A stretch of DNA of 64,000 nt from a virus. The position numbers and the translations under genes were made by a program. Each line of letters starts with the position of its first letter. Positions within the stretch are counted from its first letter, which is position 1. The notes beneath the pieces are model-generated. The model had not been told where the DNA came from. It searched no databases and saw nothing but the letters and a program-made list of their open reading frames with translations. Shown here piece by piece: positions 55,684 through 64,000 of the stretch. Where the stretch lies: the IMG/VR virus record IMGVR_UViG_3300045973_000529, positions 96,001 through 160,000 of that record. The stretch is one strand, 5' to 3'.

Positions 55684-58211
55684 TCGCGCCAGCCCTTAGG
55701 ACGACCGCCCTGCTTGAGGTTCACAGTGCGCAACATGTTCGCGTACTTCAGCGCGTCCTTGTAGCCGGCTTCGTCATCAGTGAAGTACTTCGTGTGCAGC
55801 TCGCCATCGAACGGACCGTCGATGCCGACTCGCAGAGTCTTCATGCCTTCCTTCTGAATGTCGATACCGACTGTCAGCACCGTCTCTTCATGATTGCCAC
55901 CTGGGTAGGTGGCCATGTGAGCAGGACCTGCAGCTGGTTCGTCAAGCTTGAAGTAGTGCGCATCAGCACGGGTCATCGCTTCGAGCTCATTGAATGCTTC
56001 ATTCAGAGTCGATTCACCGAGACCGCCAGTGCCGCCATCAGGGAAGCCAGTGACGTACACGGTGGTGCCACGCACGGTGCAAGTGACATCATGCTTGTCG
56101 AGCTCGCGAGCAATCATCTCGGCAACTTCTGTTCGCGCAGTACGCAGATAGTTGTCAACGCATCCGAACTTGACGTTCATGTTCTTGCGCAACCAGCTAT
56201 TCACAGCGGTCATCGACATCATTGGGTGCATACGCTCTTCAACGACTGGCTCTTGCTGTGCTTGTGCAACAGGCTTCTTCACACCCAGTAGTCCAATCAA
56301 CGCTTCAATCTTCTGGTCCACCATTGAGCGCTGCTTCAGGCTGTTGCCAACATCTTCCAGCCCCTTCTTCAGCTGGGGCGCGCGATAGCTCAGATGCTCT
56401 TCAGGAACACCAAGAGCTCGAAGGAGCTCGATGGCTGCCTTGGCGTATGGGTTCGTCGACTTCACAGGGTTCAACTCGTCGATGCGCGACAGGAACCGGC
56501 TTCCAACCGTGTTCTCAACAACGTCCTTGCCAGGCTTCTTCTTTGGGTGCAGATCGGCTTCAGTATCGGCCAGATCTTCAGGAGCTTCAGAGCCATGCAC
56601 ACCGAGTCGATTGGCAAGCATCACAAGCTTCGCCTTCAGTTCACCATGTTGGTCAACAGCCAGCGCTGCCTTTGCGATGAACGGTGCCAGAACGCCGGGA
56701 CCCTTCACAGTGATGAGACCCTCTGGAAGACCAAGAGCAACCAGAACCGCTTCAAGCTTCTTCTGGGTCGCTGCACCGCGCTTTGGGTCATGCTTCTCTG
56801 CAAGCTCCGCCTTCGTGACCTTTGGCACCGTGAGCGTGTAGCCCAGCGCAGTACCGAAGGCGTTGTAGAAGTCGTTGAAGGCGTTCTTCGCGGATGCATT
56901 CTTGCGCAGCATGTCGCCAGCAGCACGAACGCGGTCAATCGCGTCAGGCTCATTCTTCAACAGTCGTCCAACGATACCAGACATCGCGAACAGAGCAATG
57001 ATCTTCTTCTCGATTGGGCGCTTCAGCTGCATGATCAGCTGCTTGTGTCCAGTTTCGAGAGGAATGTTCATCCCATCCTTCACCGAGTCGGTTTCGGTTG
57101 CCTTGGCTTCGTTCATTCGAGCCAAGAAGTTTGATCCAATGGTCATGTCAAAATCCTCAACGAGTTTCGGAGTGTACTTGTAGCTGGCAGTAGCACCAGC
57201 ACGGTTCTTTTCCCTTGTGAGCCGTGCTGCTTCGAGCTCTGCCGCTTCGGCACTCTCAAAGTACGCAACTTCACCTGCACGCTTCAGCGGTGCAGACCGC
57301 AAGCCATTCGTGTCGCCAGAGATGGTCGACATGATCACGTACTTGCCCTTGTTTCCTTGTGCTTGGGCCGCATCCAGGTGCGCTTGAACTTCTTCACGAG
57401 CACCTTCAGCGAGTTTTCCCAGCAACGTGAATCCTTCTTCGGTGACGCCAGAGCCAAGCGAATCAAGATCGTCAAGTGACGGTTCCTTGTCCTCTTTCTT
57501 CTTCTTGCGCATCACTGGGTTGCCGTCCTTGTCGAGCTTCTGGGTGCCATCATCGTTCAGCACTGGCTCAAGTTCATCTTCCTCATCAGTGTCTTCGTCG
57601 GTCGATGCTTCAAGCTCACCCTTGCGAGGCACGTCAATGATCTCCTCTTCACCATCAGCAACTGGTTCATCAGCAACCGCTTCGGTCTCATCAGCTGGCG
57701 GAACATCAATGATCTCTTCATCGCCCGCTGCTTCCTCTTCCGGAGGCAGCTCATCGGTGATCTCAGCATCGATCGACAGATCAGCGTCCGGATCCTCTTC
57801 ACCGGCGGTCGGGTCAGTTGGCCACACGACGTCGACGATGTCGAACTTCTGAGCCAGCTGGTTGATGGCTTCTTCCGTGTCGCCTTCAAGACCGAGGAGC
57901 TTCGACAGTTCTTGCTCGAACTGATCGGCGTCCTGCTGGTTCACGTACACCTTGATGATGTCGCCATCGTCCGTTTCAATCGCGAAGCCGACAGACTCGA
58001 CTTCGTCGTTCAGGTCCTGGGCACGCTCGAGGTAGTCGTTCACGTCAGAGCCAGTTACCTGACCGTCGGCGTTGATGGTGTTCCGCATCAGCGAGAAGCC
58101 GACATTCACCGGCTTGGAGGACATGTCCTGCGCACCAGCCGTTGAACCGTCGCTGGTCTTCAGATCGGCTTGGATGCTGCCCTTGGAGAGTTCTTTGAGG
58201 AGAGTGGTCAC
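55680..58211 (-). CDS. putative internal head polyprotein / scaffold-like protein, 843 aa
   Basis: Long acidic tract; repeated GS.FL.R..E motif; many hydrophobic-x-E junctions; GTGA coupling. Confidence 0.6.
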   Translation of the reverse strand: MTTLLKELSKGSIQADLKTSDGSTAGAQDMSSKPVNVGFSLMRNTINADGQVTGSDVNDYLERAQDLNDEVESVGFAIETDDGDIIKVYVNQQDADQFEQELSKLLGLEGDTEEAINQLAQKFDIVDVVWPTDPTAGEEDPDADLSIDAEITDELPPEEEAAGDEEIIDVPPADETEAVADEPVADGEEEIIDVPRKGELEASTDEDTDEEDELEPVLNDDGTQKLDKDGNPVMRKKKKEDKEPSLDDLDSLGSGVTEEGFTLLGKLAEGAREEVQAHLDAAQAQGNKGKYVIMSTISGDTNGLRSAPLKRAGEVAYFESAEAAELEAARLTREKNRAGATASYKYTPKLVEDFDMTIGSNFLARMNEAKATETDSVKDGMNIPLETGHKQLIMQLKRPIEKKIIALFAMSGIVGRLLKNEPDAIDRVRAAGDMLRKNASAKNAFNDFYNAFGTALGYTLTVPKVTKAELAEKHDPKRGAATQKKLEAVLVALGLPEGLITVKGPGVLAPFIAKAALAVDQHGELKAKLVMLANRLGVHGSEAPEDLADTEADLHPKKKPGKDVVENTVGSRFLSRIDELNPVKSTNPYAKAAIELLRALGVPEEHLSYRAPQLKKGLEDVGNSLKQRSMVDQKIEALIGLLGVKKPVAQAQQEPVVEERMHPMMSMTAVNSWLRKNMNVKFGCVDNYLRTARTEVAEMIARELDKHDVTCTVRGTTVYVTGFPDGGTGGLGESTLNEAFNELEAMTRADAHYFKLDEPAAGPAHMATYPGGNHEETVLTVGIDIQKEGMKTLRVGIDGPFDGELHTKYFTDDEAGYKDALKYANMLRTVNLKQGGRPKGWRE

Positions 58212-60553
58212 TTGACGTCCTTGTAGTTCCGTGGATCCTTGTGCTTGCGAGTCAAGGCAAGGAACTCCTTCGATTGATTTCGCCGACGCATCTCGGTCTT
58301 GCGGTTGTTGCCGAGTCCAGTCGGAACGGCTGAGATTGCACCGGCGTTTGTTGCTCCATTGGCTGGAACGCTGACTGGAACACCAGCTCCGGAATCAGCA
58401 CCTGCATCTCCGCCTTCACCCTCTTCGGTGAGGGCTGCGATGCGCTTCAACAGGCCTTCAGTTACCACGTCTTCATCCTTCAAGTCATGCGCAATCGGCT
58501 TCAGCCGAGGGTAGAGGCGCGAGTTCGGTACAAACTGCCGCACAAATGCAGACAGCTTCTTGATGAAGCTCTTCTGCTCAGCCACATCGAGTTCTGGAAA
58601 CCGGATCGACAGATCAAGCAGGCTATTTACACGCTCAGTCCGAACACCGGACAGATCGATGAGTCGCTGCAGCATTCGACGGTGATCAGACCACTGAATC
58701 TTGCGTTCGCCGTTCGCGCTGAAGTCCAGGTGAAAGTACTTCCACCACGGGGCTGGGATCTTCTTCGTGATGGCCAGCACTTCAAGACGTGTCTTTGGTG
58801 TCAGGTGATCTTCGAGCTCTGGCTTGGCAGCGCGCCACACGGCGTACCCCCAGTGATTCAGCGGGCTCATCTCATCGTCATGCTTCAAGAGCCGCCAGTT
58901 CTTCCGGTCACGAAGGAAGCGCAGGCCAATCATGTCCTGTGAGTGCACGACCAACATGCTCATGAACACGGTACCGAGGAACGCATTCACGAGGTGCCAG
59001 GTGTCTCGACGATTGAAGTCAGCGAGGCTGATCTCGGTGGCCGGAGCATGCTTCTTCTTTGGCTTGCCCTTCTCGAGCAACAGTCCTTCACCAAGCTTCT
59101 CAGCATGAACTGCTCGAGCTGCTGAACCGTACAGCACAGCCAGCAGACCAGCCAGTGACTTCGTGCCCTTGAGCTTGTCGAACAGCTCCTTCAGGTTCCG
59201 ATGCGCTTCAGCAAAGGTCAACAGCGTCTTCTTCACGGTCTCGTCTGACAGACCGATCTCCTTGCCGTTCTTCAGCTGGAGCTTGTAGTTCCCGTGATCG
59301 GTCTTGAAGGCCTCAAGCTTGTCGCCGAGCTCCTTGTACGTCTCGGAGGCGATGGCGAGGATCTTCTTCTTCACCGCTTCGTGATCCGTGAGCGATGACA
59401 TTGACTTCGCGAGGTTCTTGATTGTCTCTTCAGCGCTATCGCCCTTCACCGGCTCCATGGCCTTGCGGACATTGGATGCCTTGGCGAGCTCACGGTTTCC
59501 CAGAGCCTCAGCGAAGCGGATTCGCATCTGACCTAGCAGACCACCGCGGGCTTCCAACGGAGCGTCAGGATCAGTGGTGTTCAGGGCCGACTGGACCTCA
59601 CCACGTGGCGTCTGGTTGAACTTGTTGATGGCAGTGAAGACGTCACGATCGACGATCTTGACTTGATTGCCACTGGCATCGCGGAGCACGATGCCCTCGA
59701 TGCCAACATCCTCGTCCGGCTTGATGTCATCGGCAGCGAGTCCCGACTTGCGGTGCAGCTTCGACAGCAGCGCCGCCTTGATTGGGAGCTGGTAGTCGTT
59801 CAGGAGCGTCGTGAGCAGCGCTTCCTTGGCTGGCTTGAACCCGCTCTTCAGCTCCTTCGGGACTGAGCTGACCATCGTGGTCGCAAGCTTCAGGTTCGAG
59901 AAGTTGCTGAAGCCTGACGGCTTCTTGAGGAAGGCATCGAGCTTGTCGAGCATCGGCTCGATGCCTGCATCAGCCTTGAGCTTCTTGGTGTCGAGCTTAT
60001 GGGGTGACACGAACTGGAACGTCACCGAGATGTTCGTGGTCGACAGCTCCTTGCCATCAGCCGTGTCGACGACGTCGACCTTGGCTTCAGCCTGCTGGTT
60101 CACAAGGCTCGAGGCGAGGTGATCGGCAATCTCGTTTGGCGTGTCATTCACACCGCGTAGGAACGCGACGAAGGACATTCCGTGTGCACCATACGTGACA
60201 CTATTAGGTTGGCGACCGAACAACACCTCGGCCTCAACCGTGTCGCCAGGGCGCAGTACGCGTTGAATCTCCTGGCTCTTAGCTGCAATGGCAGCGTGCG
60301 CAGCACGGAACTGGTTGAACGCTGAGATGAGCGGCCAGTCCTCCGGAGTGTACCGTCGTTCAGCACCGTTCCGCTTCCCTTCGCGGGATGTGAACAGCTT
60401 TCCCTCTTCATCTGACCCGACCCAGAGCTGAGCACCGTCAAGCTTCTCCTGAGCAGCCATCGTGGCCATATTCCGGAGCGTGTCGACGAACTCGTCGATT
60501 GGAAGGTCCTCGATGTGAGTGATGCCTTCGGTGAGGATTCGTTGGATGTGCAT
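58208..60553 (-). CDS. ATP-dependent ligase-like nucleotidyltransferase (DUF6267-like), probable virion protein
   Basis: Motif I QEKLDG, EAEVL (III), EGIVLR (IV), QVKIVD (V); late promoter. Confidence 0.75.
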   Translation of the reverse strand: MHIQRILTEGITHIEDLPIDEFVDTLRNMATMAAQEKLDGAQLWVGSDEEGKLFTSREGKRNGAERRYTPEDWPLISAFNQFRAAHAAIAAKSQEIQRVLRPGDTVEAEVLFGRQPNSVTYGAHGMSFVAFLRGVNDTPNEIADHLASSLVNQQAEAKVDVVDTADGKELSTTNISVTFQFVSPHKLDTKKLKADAGIEPMLDKLDAFLKKPSGFSNFSNLKLATTMVSSVPKELKSGFKPAKEALLTTLLNDYQLPIKAALLSKLHRKSGLAADDIKPDEDVGIEGIVLRDASGNQVKIVDRDVFTAINKFNQTPRGEVQSALNTTDPDAPLEARGGLLGQMRIRFAEALGNRELAKASNVRKAMEPVKGDSAEETIKNLAKSMSSLTDHEAVKKKILAIASETYKELGDKLEAFKTDHGNYKLQLKNGKEIGLSDETVKKTLLTFAEAHRNLKELFDKLKGTKSLAGLLAVLYGSAARAVHAEKLGEGLLLEKGKPKKKHAPATEISLADFNRRDTWHLVNAFLGTVFMSMLVVHSQDMIGLRFLRDRKNWRLLKHDDEMSPLNHWGYAVWRAAKPELEDHLTPKTRLEVLAITKKIPAPWWKYFHLDFSANGERKIQWSDHRRMLQRLIDLSGVRTERVNSLLDLSIRFPELDVAEQKSFIKKLSAFVRQFVPNSRLYPRLKPIAHDLKDEDVVTEGLLKRIAALTEEGEGGDAGADSGAGVPVSVPANGATNAGAISAVPTGLGNNRKTEMRRRNQSKEFLALTRKHKDPRNYKDVK

Positions 60554-60557
60554 CGAC

Positions 60558-60563
60558 TATTTA
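60558..60563 (-). promoter_or_regulatory. late promoter TAAATA, leaderless-type
   Basis: CTAAATAG only 4 nt before ATG 60553. Confidence 0.75.
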
Positions 60564-60578
60564 GGTCCGGATGCACAC

Positions 60579-60598
60579 AAGGGACCCGAAGGTCCCTT
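60579..60598 (-). terminator. hairpin terminator after lipoprotein gene
   Basis: AAGGGACC-TTCG-GGTCCCTT (minus strand). Confidence 0.7.
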
Positions 60599-60627
60599 GC
60601 TATTCGTCGGCTAATGCCGACAGGGCG

Positions 60628-61422
60628 TCAGGCGCCGGTGCCGAAGAGGATGCGGTGCGGTGCCGGATCCATACGCAGGATGAACACGATGACTTGCTGG
60701 GCTGGGTTGTAGCTGATGATGCCGCGAGCAAGCTGCGTGGGGTACAGACACAGCGAAGAATCACTGAACTGGATCGTGATGCGTGCGAACCCACGACCAG
60801 AATCCGTACTCGAACCAGCGAATGAGCATCCGTTGATGTTGCCTGTCCAGCTCTTTGGCGCAGCCTGGGCACTCGCGCTCAGCGCGGTCGTGCGGGACGT
60901 CGACAGCGTGATGGACGGTGCGCTCAGCGTGGTGGTTCTCGCCAGCGGGTAGACCAAATTCCAGCTGAGCGACCATTGGCCGCTGGGGATATTGCCAGTG
61001 GTAGCGAGCCCTGCTCGCGATGCTGAACCGCTCGTCGTAGCACCGAAGGCTTGCGTCGTGAACTGCAAGCGGTCATCCACAATGTTGCCCGCAACATCGA
61101 TGCCGCTGTAAAACAGGCCGCGGTAATCGTTGCGATACGTGGTGCCAGAAACACCGAAGGCGCCGCTGTTTGCCACGGTCACATCGCCAACGCTAACACC
61201 CGCAACAGTCGGGTTGATCGGGCGATCGACGGCGATCGAGTAGAACCTGCCGTCGGTGTCGATGATCAGCCGGCTATTGGGGTTGACGTCATTGACGTAG
61301 GCACCCGCCATCGTCTCGATTGAGTGGCTCGACGGGGCCGGTGCCGGCGAATCACCACCGCCACCGCCACCACAAGCGGCGAGGCTGAGAACGAGCGATA
61401 CGATTGCGAGAGAGCACTTCAT
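60628..61422 (-). CDS. outer-membrane/surface lipoprotein
   Basis: Lipobox LAAC followed by GGGGGG linker; beta-rich, T/S/G-rich. Confidence 0.85.
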   Translation of the reverse strand: MKCSLAIVSLVLSLAACGGGGGGDSPAPAPSSHSIETMAGAYVNDVNPNSRLIIDTDGRFYSIAVDRPINPTVAGVSVGDVTVANSGAFGVSGTTYRNDYRGLFYSGIDVAGNIVDDRLQFTTQAFGATTSGSASRAGLATTGNIPSGQWSLSWNLVYPLARTTTLSAPSITLSTSRTTALSASAQAAPKSWTGNINGCSFAGSSTDSGRGFARITIQFSDSSLCLYPTQLARGIISYNPAQQVIVFILRMDPAPHRILFGTGA

Positions 61423-61451
61423 GATGTTTTCCAGTGGTTGACGAGGAAGAC

Positions 61452-61489
61452 ATCATATCACCGTGCTCGACTACGCGCCAACTGTTACA
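61452..61489 (-). promoter_or_regulatory. extended -10 promoter TTGGCG-N18-TATGAT with upstream TGTAAC
   Basis: TGTAACAGTTGGCG...TGATATGAT on minus strand. Confidence 0.5.
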
Positions 61490-62153
61490 TTCGTTTTGCC
61501 TTGAAGATCAGGGCTCCAAGACCCGCCAAGAACAGCAGGTAGACAGAAGGTTCAGGCACTGCCGGGAGAGGCACTGCCGGGAGAGGCGGCACAGGAGTTG
61601 CCGTCGCATTGCTGAATGCGACGTTGTCGAACAGGAATTGGTTCGAGTCGCTACCGTCACCGAAGCCGCCGCCCGGCGTTTTGAACGCGAAGGCAAAGGC
61701 AGTGATCTGTCCAGTGTATCCAGTGCTCGAAGCCACGTTGAGTGTCGCGCCGCCAGGCACGTCAATCGGTGATCGGAACTGGAGCTTTCCAGCATTGTTC
61801 GTCGTGCCGCTGAACACTGTGTTCGCGCCGTTGTACATCACAAGGTATGCGACACCACCATTCGATCGACCGCCGTACGTGAAGCTGTCGAGCGTAAATG
61901 CCGAGTGATCAGCTCGCTGGATCAGGTTGCTTCGAGCACCGCCATTTGTTGACAGGGCCAGGTACGGATCACGTAGCTCTGTCTTGGGGTTGTCGAACCA
62001 GGCCGGGCCGAAGGTGAAGCCACCGTAGTCGGTGCTGAAGTTCGGATCGGCGTTGTGCGAGAAGGACGTGAAGTCGAGAACGCCAGACACTGCGAAGGCC
62101 GAGCTGGCGACAAGCAGCAGTACGCCGGTGATGAAGGATCGAAGAGAAGCCAT
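61485..62153 (-). CDS. PEP-CTERM sorting-domain surface protein
   Basis: Signal peptide ending AFA; C-terminus VPEPSVYLLFLAGLGALIFKAKRM. Confidence 0.9.
   Translation of the reverse strand: MASLRSFITGVLLLVASSAFAVSGVLDFTSFSHNADPNFSTDYGGFTFGPAWFDNPKTELRDPYLALSTNGGARSNLIQRADHSAFTLDSFTYGGRSNGGVAYLVMYNGANTVFSGTTNNAGKLQFRSPIDVPGGATLNVASSTGYTGQITAFAFAFKTPGGGFGDGSDSNQFLFDNVAFSNATATPVPPLPAVPLPAVPEPSVYLLFLAGLGALIFKAKRM
61555..61584. repeat. 15-bp tandem duplication encoding the Pro-rich linker
   Basis: GGCACTGCCGGGAGA x2 (PLPAV PLPAV). Confidence 0.9.
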
Positions 62154-62178
62154 GTGGTTTCCGAGTTGTTGAAGGGCT

Positions 62179-62184
62179 ATTATA
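62179..62184 (-). promoter_or_regulatory. -10 element TATAAT for the PEP-CTERM gene
   Basis: Consensus TATAAT 25 nt before ATG 62153, just after a terminator. Confidence 0.55.
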
Positions 62185-62196
62185 CACCGGAAACGA

Positions 62197-62221
62197 GAAG
62201 AGCCGCACAAGGCGGCTCTTC
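62197..62221 (-). terminator. hairpin terminator
   Basis: GAAGAGCCGC-CTTGT-GCGGCTCTTC. Confidence 0.75.
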
Positions 62222-62237
62222 AAGAAGCAGAAGCTGC

Positions 62238-62504
62238 TTACTCGGCCGGGACGGCCTCGACTGGTGCAGCGTCGTTCGCAGCGGTTGCGGCAGCCTTGGC
62301 TTCCAGTTCCTTCTTGACGGCTTCAGTGATCTGAGCGCCGAGGTGCTGGATGGCGGACTGGGTCTTCAGGACCGCGAGCTGTTCCTTCTGCAGTTCAGCA
62401 GCGAAGCCGTTGTAGATCGCCACAGCCTGAACGACTTGAGCGCTGAAATCGCTCAGTGGGTATTGGACGCCGTCGAGGGTGATGGTCTGGACTTGTTCGG
62501 TCAT
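62238..62504 (-). CDS. DUF6447-like small coiled-coil protein
   Basis: TITLDGVQY.LSDFS...coiled coil; AGGAG RBS; two TAAATA upstream. Confidence 0.7.
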   Translation of the reverse strand: MTEQVQTITLDGVQYPLSDFSAQVVQAVAIYNGFAAELQKEQLAVLKTQSAIQHLGAQITEAVKKELEAKAAATAANDAAPVEAVPAE

Positions 62505-62542
62505 GGGTGGAACTCCTATAGGATGGTTGATGTCGACACCGG

Positions 62543-62573
62543 TATTTATCGTGCACCGGCAGGCACGTATTTA
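62543..62573 (-). promoter_or_regulatory. tandem late promoters TAAATA (62568-62573 and 62543-62548)
   Basis: GTAAATAC and ATAAATAC on minus strand. Confidence 0.65.
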
Positions 62574-62574
62574 C

Positions 62575-63921
62575 TCATCGTCCCAAAAGCGCCTGGAGGC
62601 CATCTCCAGCCTGCCCTGGCTTAGTGTCGCCCAATGCCAGTACCTTGCCCTTCGGCCGGAGATTCGGCTTCAGCGCCTTCTTGGACATGTCGCTGATGCG
62701 GAGACTATCAGAGTCCCACGCCATCTCGATCTTCTTGTTCACGGCGTTCGAGTTCCGTGCCTTGAGGAATTCAAAGCGGTACATGCCAGCGATGTCCATC
62801 GCCTCGTCCTTCACCAGTGCAATCACCAGATCGGATGTGTTGATCTTTGAGATGCCGCCCTGGATGTGGTCTTGTCCAATCGCCTTCTCTTCACGGGTCG
62901 CGACGATGGCACCACGCCCGAGCTGGCTGGCGCTGATCATCAGGCAGTCGAAGTCGAACCCGATTGCACGAACTTCTTCGGTGACGAACTTGTCCTTCGT
63001 GAACATGTTGCTGCCATCGTGCTTCTGTACCGAAGCCATCAGATCGATGTAGTCAACAACGACGAAGTCAGGCTTGAAGCCATGCACGGCCTCAAGCTCA
63101 CGCAGGTACGACGCGATGTGATCAGCTGTCGTTGAACCTTCGCGCATGCGCTTGATGAAGAATCGACCCTTCGAGGACTCCTTGAAGAGCTCGACCTCTT
63201 GGCCGACCTTGAGTTTGTTCGCGAAGATGTTCTTGCCTGAGATTCGACTGATCATCGAGTCGAGCCGCTTGGCCACAACACGGTCACGCATCTCCAACGA
63301 GATGTACACACCATGCATACCGCGGCTCAGCAGGTTGTACGCCAAGTTCAGCATCGCGACGGACTTACCACCGCCCGAGTTCGCTGTGAACAGACATAGC
63401 TCTTGCCGACCGAGACCGCCAATGAGCTCATCAACATCGTCCCAGCCCGTCGAGATCAGCACTTCGAGAACTTCAGACTCTTCGAGCCGCCCAGTCGGAT
63501 CAGCGAAGTAATCGATGCCAAGATCGCTGTGCAACTGCACCTGAGTGGCAAGCTTGATCTGCTCGACCATCTTGCCGAAGTCGCCCTTCTCGATTAGGGC
63601 TGGCGCTTTCAGCACCGCTTCAGTCACGGCACGGATCTGACAGAACCCAGCGATCTGCTCAGCGACGTACTTCACATCCTGCTGTGGCAGCTGAACCGCT
63701 TCGATCGTGGTGAGCTTTGTGTTCACCTGGAACACTGGCATTGAAGGCACACCACGGTACTTGCCGTAGAACTCCTTCAGGAACGAGACACCGTCCTGCA
63801 GCGACGAGTCAAAGAAGCTCGGCTTCAAGAGGTGCTGGACACGGGCAAACAGCGCCGGGTTCCCAAGCATCGTGCTCAGGTACAGGCGCTGTGCCCCGTC
63901 GTCGATCATGACATCACTCAT
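62575..63921 (-). CDS. 41: replicative DNA helicase (T4 gp41/DnaB-like)
   Basis: ANSGGGKS Walker A, YISLEM, VVVDYIDL, ISASQLGR, KARN. Confidence 0.93.
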   Translation of the reverse strand: MSDVMIDDGAQRLYLSTMLGNPALFARVQHLLKPSFFDSSLQDGVSFLKEFYGKYRGVPSMPVFQVNTKLTTIEAVQLPQQDVKYVAEQIAGFCQIRAVTEAVLKAPALIEKGDFGKMVEQIKLATQVQLHSDLGIDYFADPTGRLEESEVLEVLISTGWDDVDELIGGLGRQELCLFTANSGGGKSVAMLNLAYNLLSRGMHGVYISLEMRDRVVAKRLDSMISRISGKNIFANKLKVGQEVELFKESSKGRFFIKRMREGSTTADHIASYLRELEAVHGFKPDFVVVDYIDLMASVQKHDGSNMFTKDKFVTEEVRAIGFDFDCLMISASQLGRGAIVATREEKAIGQDHIQGGISKINTSDLVIALVKDEAMDIAGMYRFEFLKARNSNAVNKKIEMAWDSDSLRISDMSKKALKPNLRPKGKVLALGDTKPGQAGDGLQALLGR

Positions 63922-64000
63922 TTTCTTCCCATCTTCGCAAGCGACAGCTGCATCTGCAGCTCAAGTTGAGATTGTAACGCGACGCCACTAGCCGTCTTAA
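63918..64000 (-). CDS. 3' end of upstream gene (possibly primase), truncated by window edge
   Basis: Open frame ...KTASGVALQSQLELQMQLSLAKMGRK* with ATGA coupling to helicase. Confidence 0.5.
   Translation of the reverse strand, partial: KTASGVALQSQLELQMQLSLAKMGRK

Noticed and set aside
1-64000. tRNA genes expected near Thg1, CRISPR arrays, IS elements, integrase
   Set aside because: Intergenic gaps are short and lack cloverleaf/T-loop signatures, repeat-spacer periodicity or transposase/recombinase motifs

Overview
This window is a gene-dense segment of a large (jumbo-type) tailed dsDNA phage with T4-like replication and late transcription. GC is roughly 55-60% by eye and the standard genetic code applies. 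A betaproteobacterial host is inferred from the PEP-CTERM protein, the LAACGGGGG lipoprotein and GAAAG-type RBSs. Layout: small early genes plus Thg1 (1-5255, +); a late three-gene operon with an ADP-ribosyltransferase-fold protein (5344-7486, -); nucleotide metabolism and replication genes (Nudix, P-loop kinase, DEDD exonuclease, DsbA-like, PolB, clamp, RNase H; 7573-19997, +); a transglycosylase and small genes; a ~27 kb virion block (3028-aa and 2027-aa baseplate/fibre proteins, fibre genes, spanins, M23+GH108 hydrolase, PAAR; 22879-49494, +); an early cluster (49495-52299, -); a late block of putative head-packaged, protease-processed proteins including a ligase-like nucleotidyltransferase (52952-60553, -); a lipoprotein, a PEP-CTERM protein and a gp41-like helicase. 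The most novel candidate system is a virion-delivered effector payload (Tpt1/Arr-like ART, ligase-like enzyme, cassette-like polyprotein). It may work with Thg1 and a cyclic-phosphate receiver domain as an RNA-repair or anti-defence kit. A three-tier promoter code is also visible, with many apparently leaderless transcripts. No tRNA, rRNA, CRISPR array, intein or IS element was found. All family assignments come from motifs read by eye, not database searches.
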